Shown piece after piece: positions 11,901-23,816 of a DNA stretch of 64,000 nucleotides; within the stretch, counting starts at the first letter, position 1; the number at the start of each line of letters is the position of its first letter. The notes beneath the pieces were generated by a model that saw only the letters and a list, made by a program, of their open reading frames with translations, was not told where the DNA came from and searched no databases. The translations under genes and the position numbers were made by a program. Source of the DNA: Stegostoma tigrinum (taxonomy: Eukaryota); contig NC_081356.1 of assembly GCF_030684315.1 (NCBI RefSeq), forward strand, positions 115,333,723 to 115,397,722, in the 5' to 3' direction.

Positions 11901-14689
11901 ACACTAGGCTAGTAGCCTCAAGATCATCATCCGTGAAACTAGCTTTGTACATCCATTTGATCCACGTGAGGCCAGAGTATGTGTCAGAACAGTGCACAAT
12001 CAACGGGGACTGGGTATCACAATTAAGCACAACCTCACTGGCATCCGTACACTTTCCACCATCAGTCACTAAGGAACAAAAACTCACAATGACCTTTTTA
12101 ACCAATGTATTTGGCAACTATATTACCATATAGACCAGTATAATCGTTCTTGTCCATGTAAGTCAGCCTGATATACTGTAGGTGCAGTCAGAAACTACAA
12201 CCTCCCATCCCACATTCCAGGGTCACATCTCTAAACATTATGGCAAATGCATTTTTAACTTGGTTTACCGGTGTAACAGGGCATATATATATATATTTAG
12301 CACAGCCTACCGGTCTAACAGAATTGGCATTTTGTTTTGCATCCACTGAAAATTAACATGTAGAAAGAGGGCTGTGGGTTTGTTGTAATTCATTGTACAC
12401 AGTGGGACAAAGACAAAATTTCCCCTTTTCAAATGGGTTCTCACTTGGTTGAACAACTTTTCTGCATGATAGAGGGTGTCGATGACTCTTTACTTGAAGA
12501 ACACTAATATTCTTGATGTGCTATGTCTCTCATGTGAAATTTACACCAGCATTCACATCAATGATATTAGACTGCTGTGCCACATTTCACACTGCTGTGT
12601 TTCCAATGAGAACCTAAATAGTGGTCTTTCCGAGGAGTAAAATGTTGACCAACAAAATGCCACAGGCCCAATACTGAAGTGGAAATTGGGAGGATGCAGA
12701 GTTACACAAGGGGAGGGATGTGGCCAGGAGTGGCTATGTTAGGGGGCATGGACTTCAGTTGAATTCCAACTGGCAAATCCAAGTATCCAAATGGTGAGCA
12801 TCAAAGTATCTACTGGTTACTATGAGCCTGGGACATTCAAAAATGAAGATGGGAAGCAGCCACGCATCCTAAATCTCTTTTTGCAGAGCCGTGTCGAGAT
12901 AAGCGGGCCTTCTGACTATAACTGAACTCAACTTCAAGTGTCAGCTCTCAGTTGGGGTTACAGTGCAAGCTTCCTGCTGTACTTCTAACAGTGTGAATTA
13001 AAGTAATGAGCAAAGGTTATCAGTCATAGGAGGCTTCCCTTTCTCGCTTCCAATTTGCCACCTTTCCCCTATTATTTATTTAGTGAAGCTGCTTGTATTC
13101 TTCATCCTGCTGGGAAAGCTGGTCAACGTCACTTACTAATTGACTGACACGTTCATCAGACCACAAGCTCTTTCTTGCCATCAACACGGAGTGCTTCAGC
13201 ATAGACAGCCAGCTCAGCTCACAGACTGCCAGCCAGTTACCAACAACAGTACATTCAAAAATGCTTTGCTGGCCGTAACGATCTAGTAACAGGCAACACT
13301 CATAAATGCCAGGCCTCCATGATGGCTGAGCAACAACAGAGCCGGTGAAGTGAGGGATAGAAGTGGAAGTCACGTTGTGGGTCATATGATTAGGAAAGTG
13401 GGCCATCTTTAACACATGTCATCAGTGAGACAGCAAAGTATGGAAAAATCACAGCAAAGAGAGAAATTTAACTGCAGGCCATTTGAGCCTGGTCCACCAA
13501 TTCTTTTTAACTATTACCATTCATTCTGTTAAACCCAAATCCTTGCTTTCTCTCTTGCTATCTTTATACCTCCAACGCATCTCACTTTTCAAACATCAAA
13601 CCGTGCAGAGCTGGGTGGGGGGAACAGTGTCCCTTAAAATAATTTCTAGATGTGGGTTTCTGTGTTGCATCGAAGAAAATGTTATTACCTATCTATCCCG
13701 TCGCCTCACTTTATTGTTTGAAGTGACTCAATCACCTGATTACTTAAGATCTTCCCTTGTGGAGAATGTTTGCCCCATTTTGCCCAGTCTACCCTTAGCC
13801 CTCATTCCAAGTACATGTCGAATGAATCACTGATGGGTATGTCTTTGCCAACAAAGGTAACTACGACTGAAAGCACTCCAACATCTCTTCTGCATCACAA
13901 CCTCCCTTCATTCCATCAGTGAGCACAGCATTTTCAACCACCCAGACCTCTTTGCCTCCAGAAACTTTCCTGAACTCCACAAAAATTCACCTCTTTGATC
14001 ACTTTATGAGTATGGTCCATCCATTTTTGTTTCATAAAGCCTCTGTGAATTACTTGGTGTGTGTTTTTCTATGTGAAAGGCACTCTAACAATACAATCTG
14101 CATGGATTTAATTTCTCGAAGACCTCTAACTTTGGTTACCATCGAATAATCAGTGACGTTCATCCTCCACAAGCCATGGATTACAAGATAAAAACTGTTC
14201 CAATTGGAGCAACTCAGTTCAAATCTCCAGAGTATGAAAAGAAAACAACACTTCTATGTCATCACTTTGCGTGGTCACAAAATTACAGGAAACCACACAA
14301 ATTCCAGTCAGATGAATTATTTTCAACAGGAAAGATAATTGCCTTTCCGATACAATGGCCTTTTCATTCATAGCTGTGAATGATATCAACTTTGTCATAC
14401 ATATTTTAACATTTTACCTGCCCCAATAACTGTAGTACTTACTCCATCCTCATTTTTCTACTAATATAACAATTTTACATGGAATGGCATCAATATTAAA
14501 AACTACATAAATGGTTGGGGTGGAAGGGCATGGTTAGACAGTCAAAAATGTAAGAAGCAACACCAGTCTAGACTAAGAAATACACTCTTGTGGTTATTTT
14601 CAGGAGCAGGCGATCACATGTATCAGGAGCAGATGTAGGTCATTGGACCAATTCAGCCTGCTCCAAATTCAATAAGACCACGGCTGAGC

Positions 14690-16555
14690 AAATTACTGCA
14701 GATGCTGGAATCTGTACTGAAAACAACACAATGGGTCAGACAGCATCCAGATTGTCCTGGTAGGCCCATTGCATCAGCCTGATCCTGCTCCTCTGGGGTC
14801 ATTTCTTCCTACCTTGAATCCATCCTCTCTCTGCTTGTCCACACCCTGTCCAAGTATATCCACGCTTCCTCTGATGCCCTCCACCGTACTGACAATTTCC
14901 AGTCCCCTGGCCCTAGCTTCCTCCTGTTCAACATGAATGTCCAATCCCTCTGTACCTCCATCCCCCACCAGGATGGCCTGAGAGTTCTTGGCTTCTTCCT
15001 CTGCAGTTACATGGCAAGATGCTATCAGGAGGGGGGTGAGGGTGAGTGGTGTTGGTGGTCATGGAATGGACTAGTCCTGGATGGAACAATCCCTGTGAAA
15101 TGCAGACAGAAGGAATGAGGGGAAGACGTTTTTGATGGTGGTGTTCTGCTGGAGTTGTCTGAAATGGTGAAGAATGGTGCTTTGAATGTGAATGCTGGTG
15201 GGATGAAAAGAGAGGACAAGGGGGACCCAATCACACCACCACCTCCAAGCTACCCTCAAAGTCACTTGTCATCCTGACTTGGAAATATATCGCTGTTCCT
15301 TCACTGTCACTGGGTCAAAATCCTGGAATTCCCTCTCTCATAGCATTGTGAGTCAATCTACAGCAGGACGACTACAGTGGTTCAAGAAGGCAGCTCACCA
15401 CCACCTTCTCAAGGGCAACTAGTGATGGGCAAGAAATGCTGGCCAGTGAGGGACGCCAACATCACACAAATGAATAGAAAAAAAAGGGTTGTGAGTAAAG
15501 GGAAGGGGCAAAGGTTAATGCACGGGGTTAGGTCAGATGTGGTTAAGGGCCCTGTCAACAACAGTCGGTGGGAGCCTGCGGTCATGGCACCTGCAAGCCA
15601 TATCAGCAACTCTGTTCTGGAAAGTGATATCATCTGAACAGATGTGACGTAGGCAAAGGAACTGGGAGAATGGGATCGAGTCCTTGCAGGTATGGGGGTG
15701 TGATGAGCTGTAGTGAAGGTAGCTACATGGCTTTGCAGTGGATGGCAATGAACAGTTTTATTCCCTAAAATAGAGTCGGAGAGATCAAGGAAAGGAAGGG
15801 AAGTGTCGGAAACAGACGATGTGTGGAAATTGGAGGCCAAATGAATGAATTTTTCAAGGCCCTGGCAAGAGTGTGAAGCAGCATGGAAGCAGTCGTCCAT
15901 GTACTGAGAAAAGACCCTGCCCCATCACCTCCTCCCTGCGCACCATCCAAAGGTCTGAACGGTTTGCCAGGTGAAACAGCATTTCACCCGTACCTTCTTC
16001 AATCTTGTGCATTGTGTTTGCTGCACTCAATGTGGCCCTACATTGGAGAAATCAAACGCAGACTGGGTGATTGCTTTGCAGAACACCTCTGCTCTGTGCG
16101 CAAGCATGATGCCAACCTTCCTGTGACCAGTCACTTTAACACAGCATCCTGCTCGCATGCCCACATGTCACGCTGCAGTGCTCCAGTGAATCACAGTGCA
16201 AACTGGAGGGATATCTCATCTTCAGATTAGACACTTTACAGTCTTCTAGGTTTAGTATTGAGCTCAACGCCTTAAAATTGTGAACCAATCCCCATTTCTT
16301 CCTTTTCTTTTAGCTTGTCACATTCTGCTAGCGTGTCCTCTCTCCCCGCACCCCACCCGCATCCCCGTGGGACCGTCTGTCCTTTCAAATCTGGCAGTTC
16401 GACACACCATTGTTCTGCCATTCTCACATTCCGATCACTTAATCTGAACCATCAACATCTTTTCTTCACCAGCACTCTCCACCCAAAACCCCCATATCAT
16501 CCATAACTCCCTCCCAAACTATAGCATAAATGCTGTTCTCTCTGCACTTCAGCTA
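14690..16555. mobile_element. Rearranged, decayed Penelope-like element with RT and GIY-YIG segments in both orientations
   Basis: Plus 14760-15000: MNVQSLCTSIPHQDG (PLE RT DVxSLYTxIP). Minus 15000-15910: MDDCF...LPFLDL, YLHYSSSHP...KDSIPFSQFLCLRHICS. Plus 15910-16270: YIGEIKRRLGDCFAEH (GIY-YIG), then a C-rich 3' UTR. Confidence 0.85.
15235..15486 (+). mobile_element. 3' end of CR1/L2-group LINE inserted in the PLE
   Basis: GTCAAAATCCTGGAATTCCCT...GGTTCAAGAAGGCAGCTCACCACCACCTTCTCAAGGGCAACTAG plus an A-tail. PLE sequence resumes on both sides. Confidence 0.8.
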
Positions 16556-16902
16556 AAATAATGGCTGATCTGATCACTCCACATTCTTATATGTTCCAAT
16601 AACCATCCCCTCCCCTGCTTATCGAGAATCTATCCACCCCTTCCTTAAAAAAACTGAAAGATTCTGCTTCCATCCCTGTTGAGAAAGAGTTCCAAAGACT
16701 TGTGATCCTCTCTAAAAAAAAACTTAGCTCTGTTTTAAATGGGTGACACCTTGTTTTTAAACAGTGACTCCTAGTTCTAGATTCACACACAAGAGGAAGT
16801 GTCCTTTCCATATCCACCCTATCGCAATCTCGTAGGAGCTTACATATTTTGATTAAGTTGCCTCTCACTCCTCTAAACATCAGTGGATACAGGTATAGCC
16901 CA
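16555..16902 (-). mobile_element. CR1 3' end (continues at 18047 after the PLE insertion)
   Basis: Minus ORF 16587-16931 RGNLIKICKLLRDCDRVD...TRSHCLK...FFLERITSLWNS. Confidence 0.85.
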
Positions 16903-16966
16903 GATAATGAAATGTGAGGCTGGATGAACACAGCAGGCCCAGCAGCATCTCAGGAGCACAAAAGCT

Positions 16967-16994
16967 GACGTTTCGGGCCTAGACCCTTCATCAG
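16967..16994 (-). ncRNA. Minimal hammerhead ribozyme core
   Basis: Minus strand CTGATGAAGGGTCTAGGCCCGAAACGTC, intact. Helix I is only 2 bp. Confidence 0.65.
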
Positions 16995-17907
16995 AGAGGG
17001 GGACGGGGTGAGGGTTCTGGAATAAATAGGGAGAGAGGGGGAGGCAGACTGAAGATGGAGAGAAAAGAAGATAGGTGGAGAGGAGAGTATAGGTGGGGAG
17101 GTAGGGAGGGGATAGGTCAGTCCAGTGAAGACGGACAGGTCAAGGAGGTGGGATGAGGTCGGTAGGTAGGAGATGGAGGTGCGGCTGGGGTGGGAGGAAG
17201 GGATGGGTGAGAGGAAGAACAGGTTAGGGAGGCAGAGACAGGTTGGACTGGTTATGGGATGCAGTGGGTGGAGGGGATGAGCTGGGCTGGTTGTGTGGGG
17301 AAACCAAGCAGAGGCTTGGGGACCGCTTTGCAGAACACCTCCGCTCGGTTCATAATAAACAACTGCACCTCCCAGTCGCAAACCATTTCCACTCCCTCTC
17401 CCATTCCTTAGATGACATGTCCGTCATGGGCCTCCTGCAGTGCCACAATGATGCCACCCAAAGGTTGCAGGAACAGCAACTCATATTCCGCTTGGGAACC
17501 CTGCAGCCCAATGGTATCAATGTGGACTTCACCAGCTTCAAAATCTCCCCTTCCCCCACCGCATCCCAAAACCAGCCCAGTTCGTACCCTCCCCCTACTG
17601 CACCACACAACCAGCCCAGCTCTTCCCCTCCACCCAATGCATCCCATAACCAGTCCAACCTGTCTCTGCCTCCCTAACCTGTTCTTCCTCTCACCCATCC
17701 CTTCCTCCCACCCCAAGCCGCACCTCCATTTCCTACCTACTAACCTCATCCCACCTCTTTGACCTGTCCGTCTTCCCTGGACTGACCTATCCCCTCCCTA
17801 CCTCCCCACCTATACTCTCCTCTCCACCTATCTTCTTTTCTCTCCATCTTCGGTCCGCCTCCCCCTCTCTCCCTATTTATTCCAGCTCCCTCTCCCCATC
17901 CCCCTCT

Positions 17908-17935
17908 CTGATGAACGGTCTAGGCCCGAAACGTC
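17908..17935 (+). ncRNA. Minimal hammerhead ribozyme core with one stem II mismatch
   Basis: CTGATGAACGGTCTAGGCCCGAAACGTC. Confidence 0.55.
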
Positions 17936-18046
17936 AGCTTTTGTGCTCCTGAGATGCTGCTGGGCCTGCTGTGTTCATCCAGCCTCACATTTCATTATCT
18001 TGGATTCTCCAGCATCTGCAGTTCCCATTATCACAGGTATAGCCCA

Positions 18047-18830
18047 TCCAGCTTATCCTCGTGAATAAACACATCCATTCACATACTGTATTAAACTAGC
18101 AAACCTTCCCTGAACTGTATCCAGTGCATCTAAATAACAAAATAACAAAAGCTGCCAAATAACAAAGCCAATCCTATATACAGTACTGCAGTCATGGTCT
18201 CACCAAGTCTCTGTGTAAGTGAAGCATAACACAGCTATTTTTGTCCTCACAATAAATGATAATATTCTGTTAACTTTCTTAATTATTTGCTGTACCTGCA
18301 TATGAACATTTTGTGATTCATGCACAAGGACACTCTGATCCCTCTGCAGTTTGGTGCTCAGAAATCTCTCAACATTTAGATGATATGTTTCTTTTTCATT
18401 CTTCCTGCCAAAATTGAACAATTTCTAATTTTTCATTATATTCCGTTGCTGGATCTTTGCGCACTCACTTATCAATAACCTTTTGTAGCTTTATTGTGTC
18501 ACTTCACAGCTCAATTTCACACTATCATTTGTGTCATTAGCAAATTTGAAAATTATAGTTTCCATCCTTTGGTCCATTTTTGTAAATTGTAAAAAGTTAA
18601 TGCCTCAGTACCAATCCCTGTGGCACACCGTTTGTTAAATCCTGCCATTCAGAAAATCATCCATTTAAGACTATTTTCTGTTTCCTGTTAGCCAGCCAAT
18701 TTTCCATCCATGCCAATGTGCTCCATCCTGCGCAAAAAGCTTCTAATTTGCACAATAACTTTGGATGTAACATCATATCAAATGCCTTCTGAAGATCCAA
18801 CCATAGTGCATCCATTGTTATTGTATTATC
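18047..18830 (-). mobile_element. CR1 ORF2 RT fragment, decayed
   Basis: Minus ORFs MDALWLDLQKAFDMMLHPKLLCKL...WMENWLANRKQKIVLNG and FGRKN...YHLN...VLVHES. Confidence 0.85.
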
Positions 18831-19000
18831 CAAACCCATAATGACTCTGCCTGATTTACTGGGAACTGTGGTGGCACAGCGGTGATGAACTGTGGAAGCA
18901 ATCCATCTCAAAAATATGGGAAACCATTAACATTATCAGATCAGCTTTCCACAGGGCAGTTAGGAAACTGCTTACAAGTTCCTTTTTTTTGTTTCCTCCA

Positions 19001-19316
19001 AGAATCCCTACAGTGTGGAAATAGGCCCTTTGGTGCAACAAATCTACACCAACCCTCAGAGCATTCCATCCAGATCCATCCCCTTATTACCCACCTCATC
19101 TACACATACCTGACACCATGGGCAATTTAGCATGGCCAATCCACCTAGCCTGCACACCTCTGAACTGTGGGAGGAAACCAGAGCACCCAGAGGAAACCCA
19201 CGCAGACACAGGGAGAACGTGTCGACTCCACACAGACAGCTGCCTGAGGTTGGAATCGAACCTAGGTCTCTAGCACTGGAAGGCAGCAGTGATAACCACT
19301 GAGACACCGTGCTGCC
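19001..19316 (-). mobile_element. HE1-type V-SINE, full length
   Basis: Reverse complement of 23817-24130: tRNA-like head, V-domain TCTCCCTGTGTCTGCGTGGGTTTCCTC and CR1-like tail. Confidence 0.9.
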
Positions 19317-19397
19317 AATCTCCCTTCAGGTTTCGCAAGCTCAAGACACCTCGCAGCAAAATGCAAGCAGGGCCTATTGGCTCCAGAAATAAAGTAA

Positions 19398-19565
19398 AAA
19401 CTGAAAGAAATGCAGACGCTGTGAATCAGGAACAAAAATAAAGTTGCTGGAAAAGATCAGCAGGTCTGGCAGCAGCTGTGACAGAAAAAACAGAGTTAAT
19501 GTTTGGGGTCCGGTAACGCTTCCTCAGAACCTCTCAGGATCCAAAACATTAACTCCGTTTTTTTC
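19398..19565. mobile_element. PLE derivative (family B), tail on the left
   Basis: Matches the reverse complement of 60600-60727, with a short inverted arm CCAAAACATTAACTCCG. Confidence 0.75.
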
Positions 19566-19717
19566 CAGAAACAAAGTGTTTTTTGCAGCATGCCTTGCGG
19601 CACAGGAGAAGAATAAATACTTCTACTACTCCCTCGTGTAAGGCTTCAGCCTCTTTGGCGTTGGCCACACTATTTGCAGACCTCTCCCCACCCTTAACCA
19701 CTGAACTGCAGCCATAA

Positions 19718-19852
19718 TAACCAAAAGAACTGTGGATGCTGTGAATCAGAAAGGAAGTTCCTGAGGAAGGGCCACTAGGCCTGAAACATTAACTCTGATA
19801 TTTTCTTCACAGATGCTGCCAGGCTTAATAAGCTTTTCCAGCAATTTGCTTT
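19718..19852. mobile_element. PLE derivative (family B), rearranged
   Basis: CTGAGGAAGGGCCACTAGGCCTGAAACATTAACTCTG...CACAGATGCTGCCAG. Confidence 0.7.
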
Positions 19853-19926
19853 TACGCCGCGCTGCAGCCTCCTGATTGCCACAAGCAGATCCAATGGTCG
19901 CTGGCTGGGCTCGCGTAATCGTCAAT

Positions 19927-20795
19927 GACCAGTCCCCACCCCTCCCTACCTGTACAACTCACTGACCAATCCCCACCCCTCCCTAACGGTACACCTCACT
20001 GACCAATACCCCACCCCTCCCTACCGATACACCTCACTGACCAATCCCCACCCCTCCCTACCTGCACACTTCACTGACCAATCCCCACACGTCCCTACCT
20101 GCAGACCTCACTGACCAATCCCCACCCCTCCCTACATGCACACCTCACTGGCCAATCCCCACCCCTCCCTACCTGCACACCTCCCTGGCCAATCCCCACC
20201 CCTCCCTAACCAATCCCCACCCCTCCCTACCTGCACACCGCACTAACCAATCCCCAACCTTCCCTACCTGCACACCTTACTGGCCAATCCTCACCCCTCC
20301 CTACCTGGAGAGGTCACTGACCAATCTCCACCCCTCCCTACCTGCACATCTCACTGACCAATCCCCGCCCCTCCCTACCTGTACACCTCACTGACCAATC
20401 CCCACCCCTCCCTCCCTGCACACTTCACTGACCAATCCCCACCCCTCCCTACCTGCACACCTTACTGGCCAATCCTCACCCCTCCCTACCAGCACACCTC
20501 ACTGACCAATCTCCGCCCCTCCCTACCAGCACACCTCACTGACCAATCTCCTCAACTCCCTACCTGCACACTTCACTGACCAATACCCCACCCCTCCCTA
20601 CCTGCACTCCTTACTGGCAAATCCTCACCCCTCCATACCTGTAGAGTTCACTGACCAATCTCCACCCCTCCCTACCTCCACACCTCACTGGCCAATCCCC
20701 ACCCCTCCCTACCTCCACACCTCACTGACCAATCTCCGCCCCTCCCTACCAGCACACTTCACTAACCAATCCCCACCACTCCCTATCTGTACACA
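19927..20795 (+). repeat. Minisatellite, 37-bp unit, about 23 copies
   Basis: Consensus CTCACTGACCAATCCCCACCCCTCCCTACCTGCACAC repeated head to tail with point variants and one truncated unit. Confidence 0.95.
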
Positions 20796-21003
20796 CCTAT
20801 CACCATCCCACCTACCTTCCCCCGCCCCACCCCTCCTCCCTCTATTTATTTCTGAGCTCCCTTCCCCCTCCCCATTTCAGAAGAAGGGTCCCAACCCAAA
20901 ATGTCAACTTTCCTGCTCCTCTGATGCCGCCTAGCCTGGTGTGTTCCTCCAGCTCCACTCTGTGTTATCGCTGACTCCAGCATTTGCAGTTCTTGCTATC
21001 TCT
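20796..21003 (+). mobile_element. PLE 3' terminus contiguous with the minisatellite
   Basis: CCCTATTTATTTC...AGAAGGGTCCCAACCCAAAATGTCAACTTTCCTGCTCCTCTGATG...CTCCAGCATTTGCAGTTCTTGCTATCTC matches the PLE 3' UTR and tail. Confidence 0.85.
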
Positions 21004-21369
21004 GGTTTTTCCAACCAGCCTGTTAAGTTTTTTTTGGTTGCTGGGCAAGAACCAGGAGAAGTTAAATTCTGTCGGAACCTCCTTGTTCCCAGCCTGCCCC
21101 ATGCTGTGAGCTCCCCCCTCACTATCTTTACACATATTGGGATTAGAAAGGTATGAATCTGTGATATGCGCTAAAAGCTGATGGGGAGATTGTGCTTTTC
21201 CTTCACTAGTTATGAAGGATCAGCAGAGAGAGGACAAATCAAGCAGGAGATAATTAACCCAAGAGTTAATGGACGGAAAATCATGATAGATCTGTAGTTG
21301 TCTCTACCTGACATTTCTCCATGTGCTGCACCCAGTGGGCCTTTCTCACAAATACAAGAACAGAGAGAA

Positions 21370-21510
21370 CAAGATGCAGAGCTGGATGCACACAGCAGGC
21401 CAAGCAGCATTTCGACCCTTCCCCAGAACTTCAGATGCTGCCAGACCTGCCCAGTTTTTCCAGCAACTTCTGTTTTTATTTCTGATTTACAGCATCCGCA
21501 GTTGTTTTAG
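21370..21510. mobile_element. Fused fragments of PLE families A and B
   Basis: GAGCTGGATGCACACAGCAGGCCAAGCAGCAT (family A) abuts CAGATGCTGCCAGACCTG...GATTTACAGCATCCGCAG (family B). Confidence 0.65.
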
Positions 21511-21609
21511 CTGCTAACACACTGCTGCTTGGTGTGTCCAGGAATGGAAATGAGTCAAATTATAATAATTGCTGAAAACAGGGAAATCCTGTTGCAATGT
21601 TCAGAAAAT

Positions 21610-22060
21610 ACAGAAAACGGAAGCACAAGTAGGCCATTCAGCCCATCAAACTCAGTCCACCAGTCTATATGATCATCTTGATGAACTATCTCAGTGCCAC
21701 ACGGACATACCTCTTGGCCAAATGTAGCTCCTAGAAATCTACCTATTTCATTCTTATATTTGCTCTTTACAGTCTTCAGTGTTACAGACTTCCACTGGTT
21801 CACCAGCCTCTGTGCGAAGGAATTTCTCCTCGTCGCAGTTCTAAATGGTCTACCCTGTATCCTGAGACCAATACTCCTTGTTTTGGATACCCCCAAAACA
21901 GGAGCAAAAATCATCTTCATATTTATTATGTCCAGCACAGTCAGAATTTTGTTTCAATAAGATCCTCTCTTATTCTTCTAAATTCCAGTGAATTCCGGCC
22001 GAGGAAACCCAGTCTCTCTTCAGTGAGCAAACACACCATCCCAGAACTCAATCTTCACTG
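21610..22060 (-). mobile_element. CR1 3' fragment
   Basis: Minus ORF 21555-21938 SKTRSIGLRIQGRPFRTATRRNSFAQRLVNQW. Confidence 0.85.
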
Positions 22061-22064
22061 CATT

Positions 22065-22450
22065 CCTTTATTATCTTGCACTCATCAAGACAGAATCACA
22101 ATCCCAATTCTTAAAAGAATTAACAATTTGTTCTTCATATATTCACATGCATGCCCTTTTCTGAGGGTAAGAATATCTCCATGCATTGTACCTTTATTCA
22201 ACTAAACAAAAGGGGCAGCCTTCCGTGGTATGTTCCCATGGCAATACATAAACTAGGGTCAACTTGTCTGGTTTGAAATGAAGCAAATATTTTGACATTT
22301 ACCCTTCCCTGGTGCAGTCTGAATGTCTTGTTTTTGCGAGATAAGAGTCCATGTGCCAATTAATCAGTATACTCTTCTGATGCAGTGTACGTTATGGATT
22401 TGGCATTCTTGTGACTCTATCCTGATGTGTGCCAGATGAAAAATTTTGGT
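22065..22450. mobile_element. Old PLE terminal remnants (family D)
   Basis: CTTGCACTCATCAAG (minus) and ATTTGGCATTCTTG...CCTGATGTGTGCCAGATGAA (plus). Similar to 47160-47400 and 48500-48670. Confidence 0.5.
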
Positions 22451-22552
22451 AGATAACGAGGTGTAGAGCTGGATGAACTCAGCAGGCCGGGCAGCATCAG
22501 AGGAGCAGGAAAGCTGATGTTTCAGGTCTGGATCCTTGTTTTTCTTTTCTGC
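22451..22552 (-). mobile_element. PLE terminal arm (family A)
   Basis: AGATAACGAGGTGTAGAGCTGGATGAACTCAGCAGG...GAAAGCTGATGTTTCAGG. Confidence 0.8.
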
Positions 22553-22789
22553 AGAAATCAAGTTTGGTACTCCTGAGTAACTATCTGAATTATGATGCCC
22601 TCTTCAGTTGCATTGTCTGCTAACAAGTGTTGTACTTCATCCATTCATTGGCAGCCCCTCACAAACAAAGATGGCTCTCTTCCACTCTCAAGGTTAGTCT
22701 TTATGCGGCTGTACAAACTAGCAACCAATGTGGCTACTGTAGGCTGTGTTAGACTTGGGGTAGAAGGTGGTCGCAGAAAGAGGTGAGTG

Positions 22790-23262
22790 TAGCATTGCTG
22801 GGGCAGCACGCTTCTTTGACTGTTTTCACCTGGCTTCAGCTTTTTCCCAACAATAAGTCTCAATGTGCTTGACACCTTCCACGATGCTGGTCCCCCACTT
22901 CAACGGTCTTGGGCCAGTGATTCCCAGGTGTCTCTGGGAATGCCGCACATCCCCAGTGAGGCCTTGGGGGTATCCCTCTGTCCACCTGGGGCTTGCCTGC
23001 CATTTCAGAGCTGGGAGTAGAGCCCCTGCTTGCGGAGTCTCACGTTGGTCATGCAGACGATATGCCCAGCCCATTGCAGCCCATCAATGATGGTCAGTGC
23101 CTCATTGCTAGGGGTGTCGGCCGGGTTGAGGACACTGGTGTTGGCGTGTCTTTCTTCCCAGTGGATTCACGGGATCTTGTGCAGGCAGCGTAGGTGGTAC
23201 TGCTCCAGACAACACACATCTCAGGGCCATGTAAGAGGGTGGGAAGCACCACAGCTCTGATA
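22790..23262 (-). mobile_element. RTE-clade LINE C-terminal fragment
   Basis: Minus-strand translation LQWAGHIVCMTNVRLRKQGLYSQL*NGRQAPGGQR corresponds to the RTE motif RWAGHVxRMxxxRLPKxxLY. Confidence 0.75.
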
Positions 23263-23559
23263 CGTGAAAGTGGCCACTCCGTAAAGGTACTAGATAGTTG
23301 CTGCTGACAATACGGCTAAAGCCAGAAAGAAGTGGCAATGCCTTTGGTGTGGGGGGAGGGGGGGGGTGGAGATGGGTGGGGGGTGGCGGTGTGGAATGGA
23401 AGTTAAACTGCTGAAAGAGAAAATGTGAGCAGGCAGGATGTGAAACTATGAAACAAAGGATCTAATGTCAAAAAAACAAGCAACTAAGTTGTCTGATTTA
23501 GTACAATAGCACTCCAGGAAAAATCACATTTGCACTAATTAATTAAATTCCAAAATAAA

Positions 23560-23812
23560 GCAAAGAACTCTGAATATCGGAAGCATCCCTTCCCTGGAAG
23601 CATCAACAATCCTATTCTCTCTTTCAATTTCTCTAAGCTCTCTCTCTCCAGCTACAAGCTCAGTCTTTGCCCCCTCCACCCCATGTCACTGTGATGAATC
23701 CTACTTTCTCCCTTCTCCCAGATGCTATCGGTTCTGAAGGGACTTAAAATGTTAAATTTGTTTTCTTTGCACAGATGCTGCCAGACCTGCCACACTTCTT
23801 CAGCACTTTCCA
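23560..23812 (+). mobile_element. Old PLE 3' remnant
   Basis: TTCTGAAGG...AAAATGTTAA...CACAGATGCTGCCAGACCTG, similar to the family B right arm. Confidence 0.5.
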
Positions 23813-23816
23813 TTTT

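Larger units (their letters stand above)
16903..18034 (+). mobile_element. Young 5'-truncated Penelope-like element with inverted terminal copy, 3' tail and 14-bp TSD
   Basis: ORF 17243-17677 GETKQRLGDRFAEHLRSV...PVANHF...EQQLIFRLGTLQPNGIN is the C-terminal part of a PLE GIY-YIG endonuclease. 16903-17298 is the reverse complement of 17603-17999. ACAGGTATAGCCCA is duplicated at 16889-16902 and 18033-18046. Confidence 0.93.

Noticed and set aside
17243-17677. Domesticated GIY-YIG nuclease gene
   Set aside because: The N-terminus comes from the inverted UTR arm and the GIY/YIG strands are missing. It is a truncated PLE insertion.
19927-20795. CRISPR-like array of 37-bp repeats
   Set aside because: Units are head to tail with no unique spacers, there are no cas genes, and the context is a vertebrate repeat landscape. 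It is a minisatellite.
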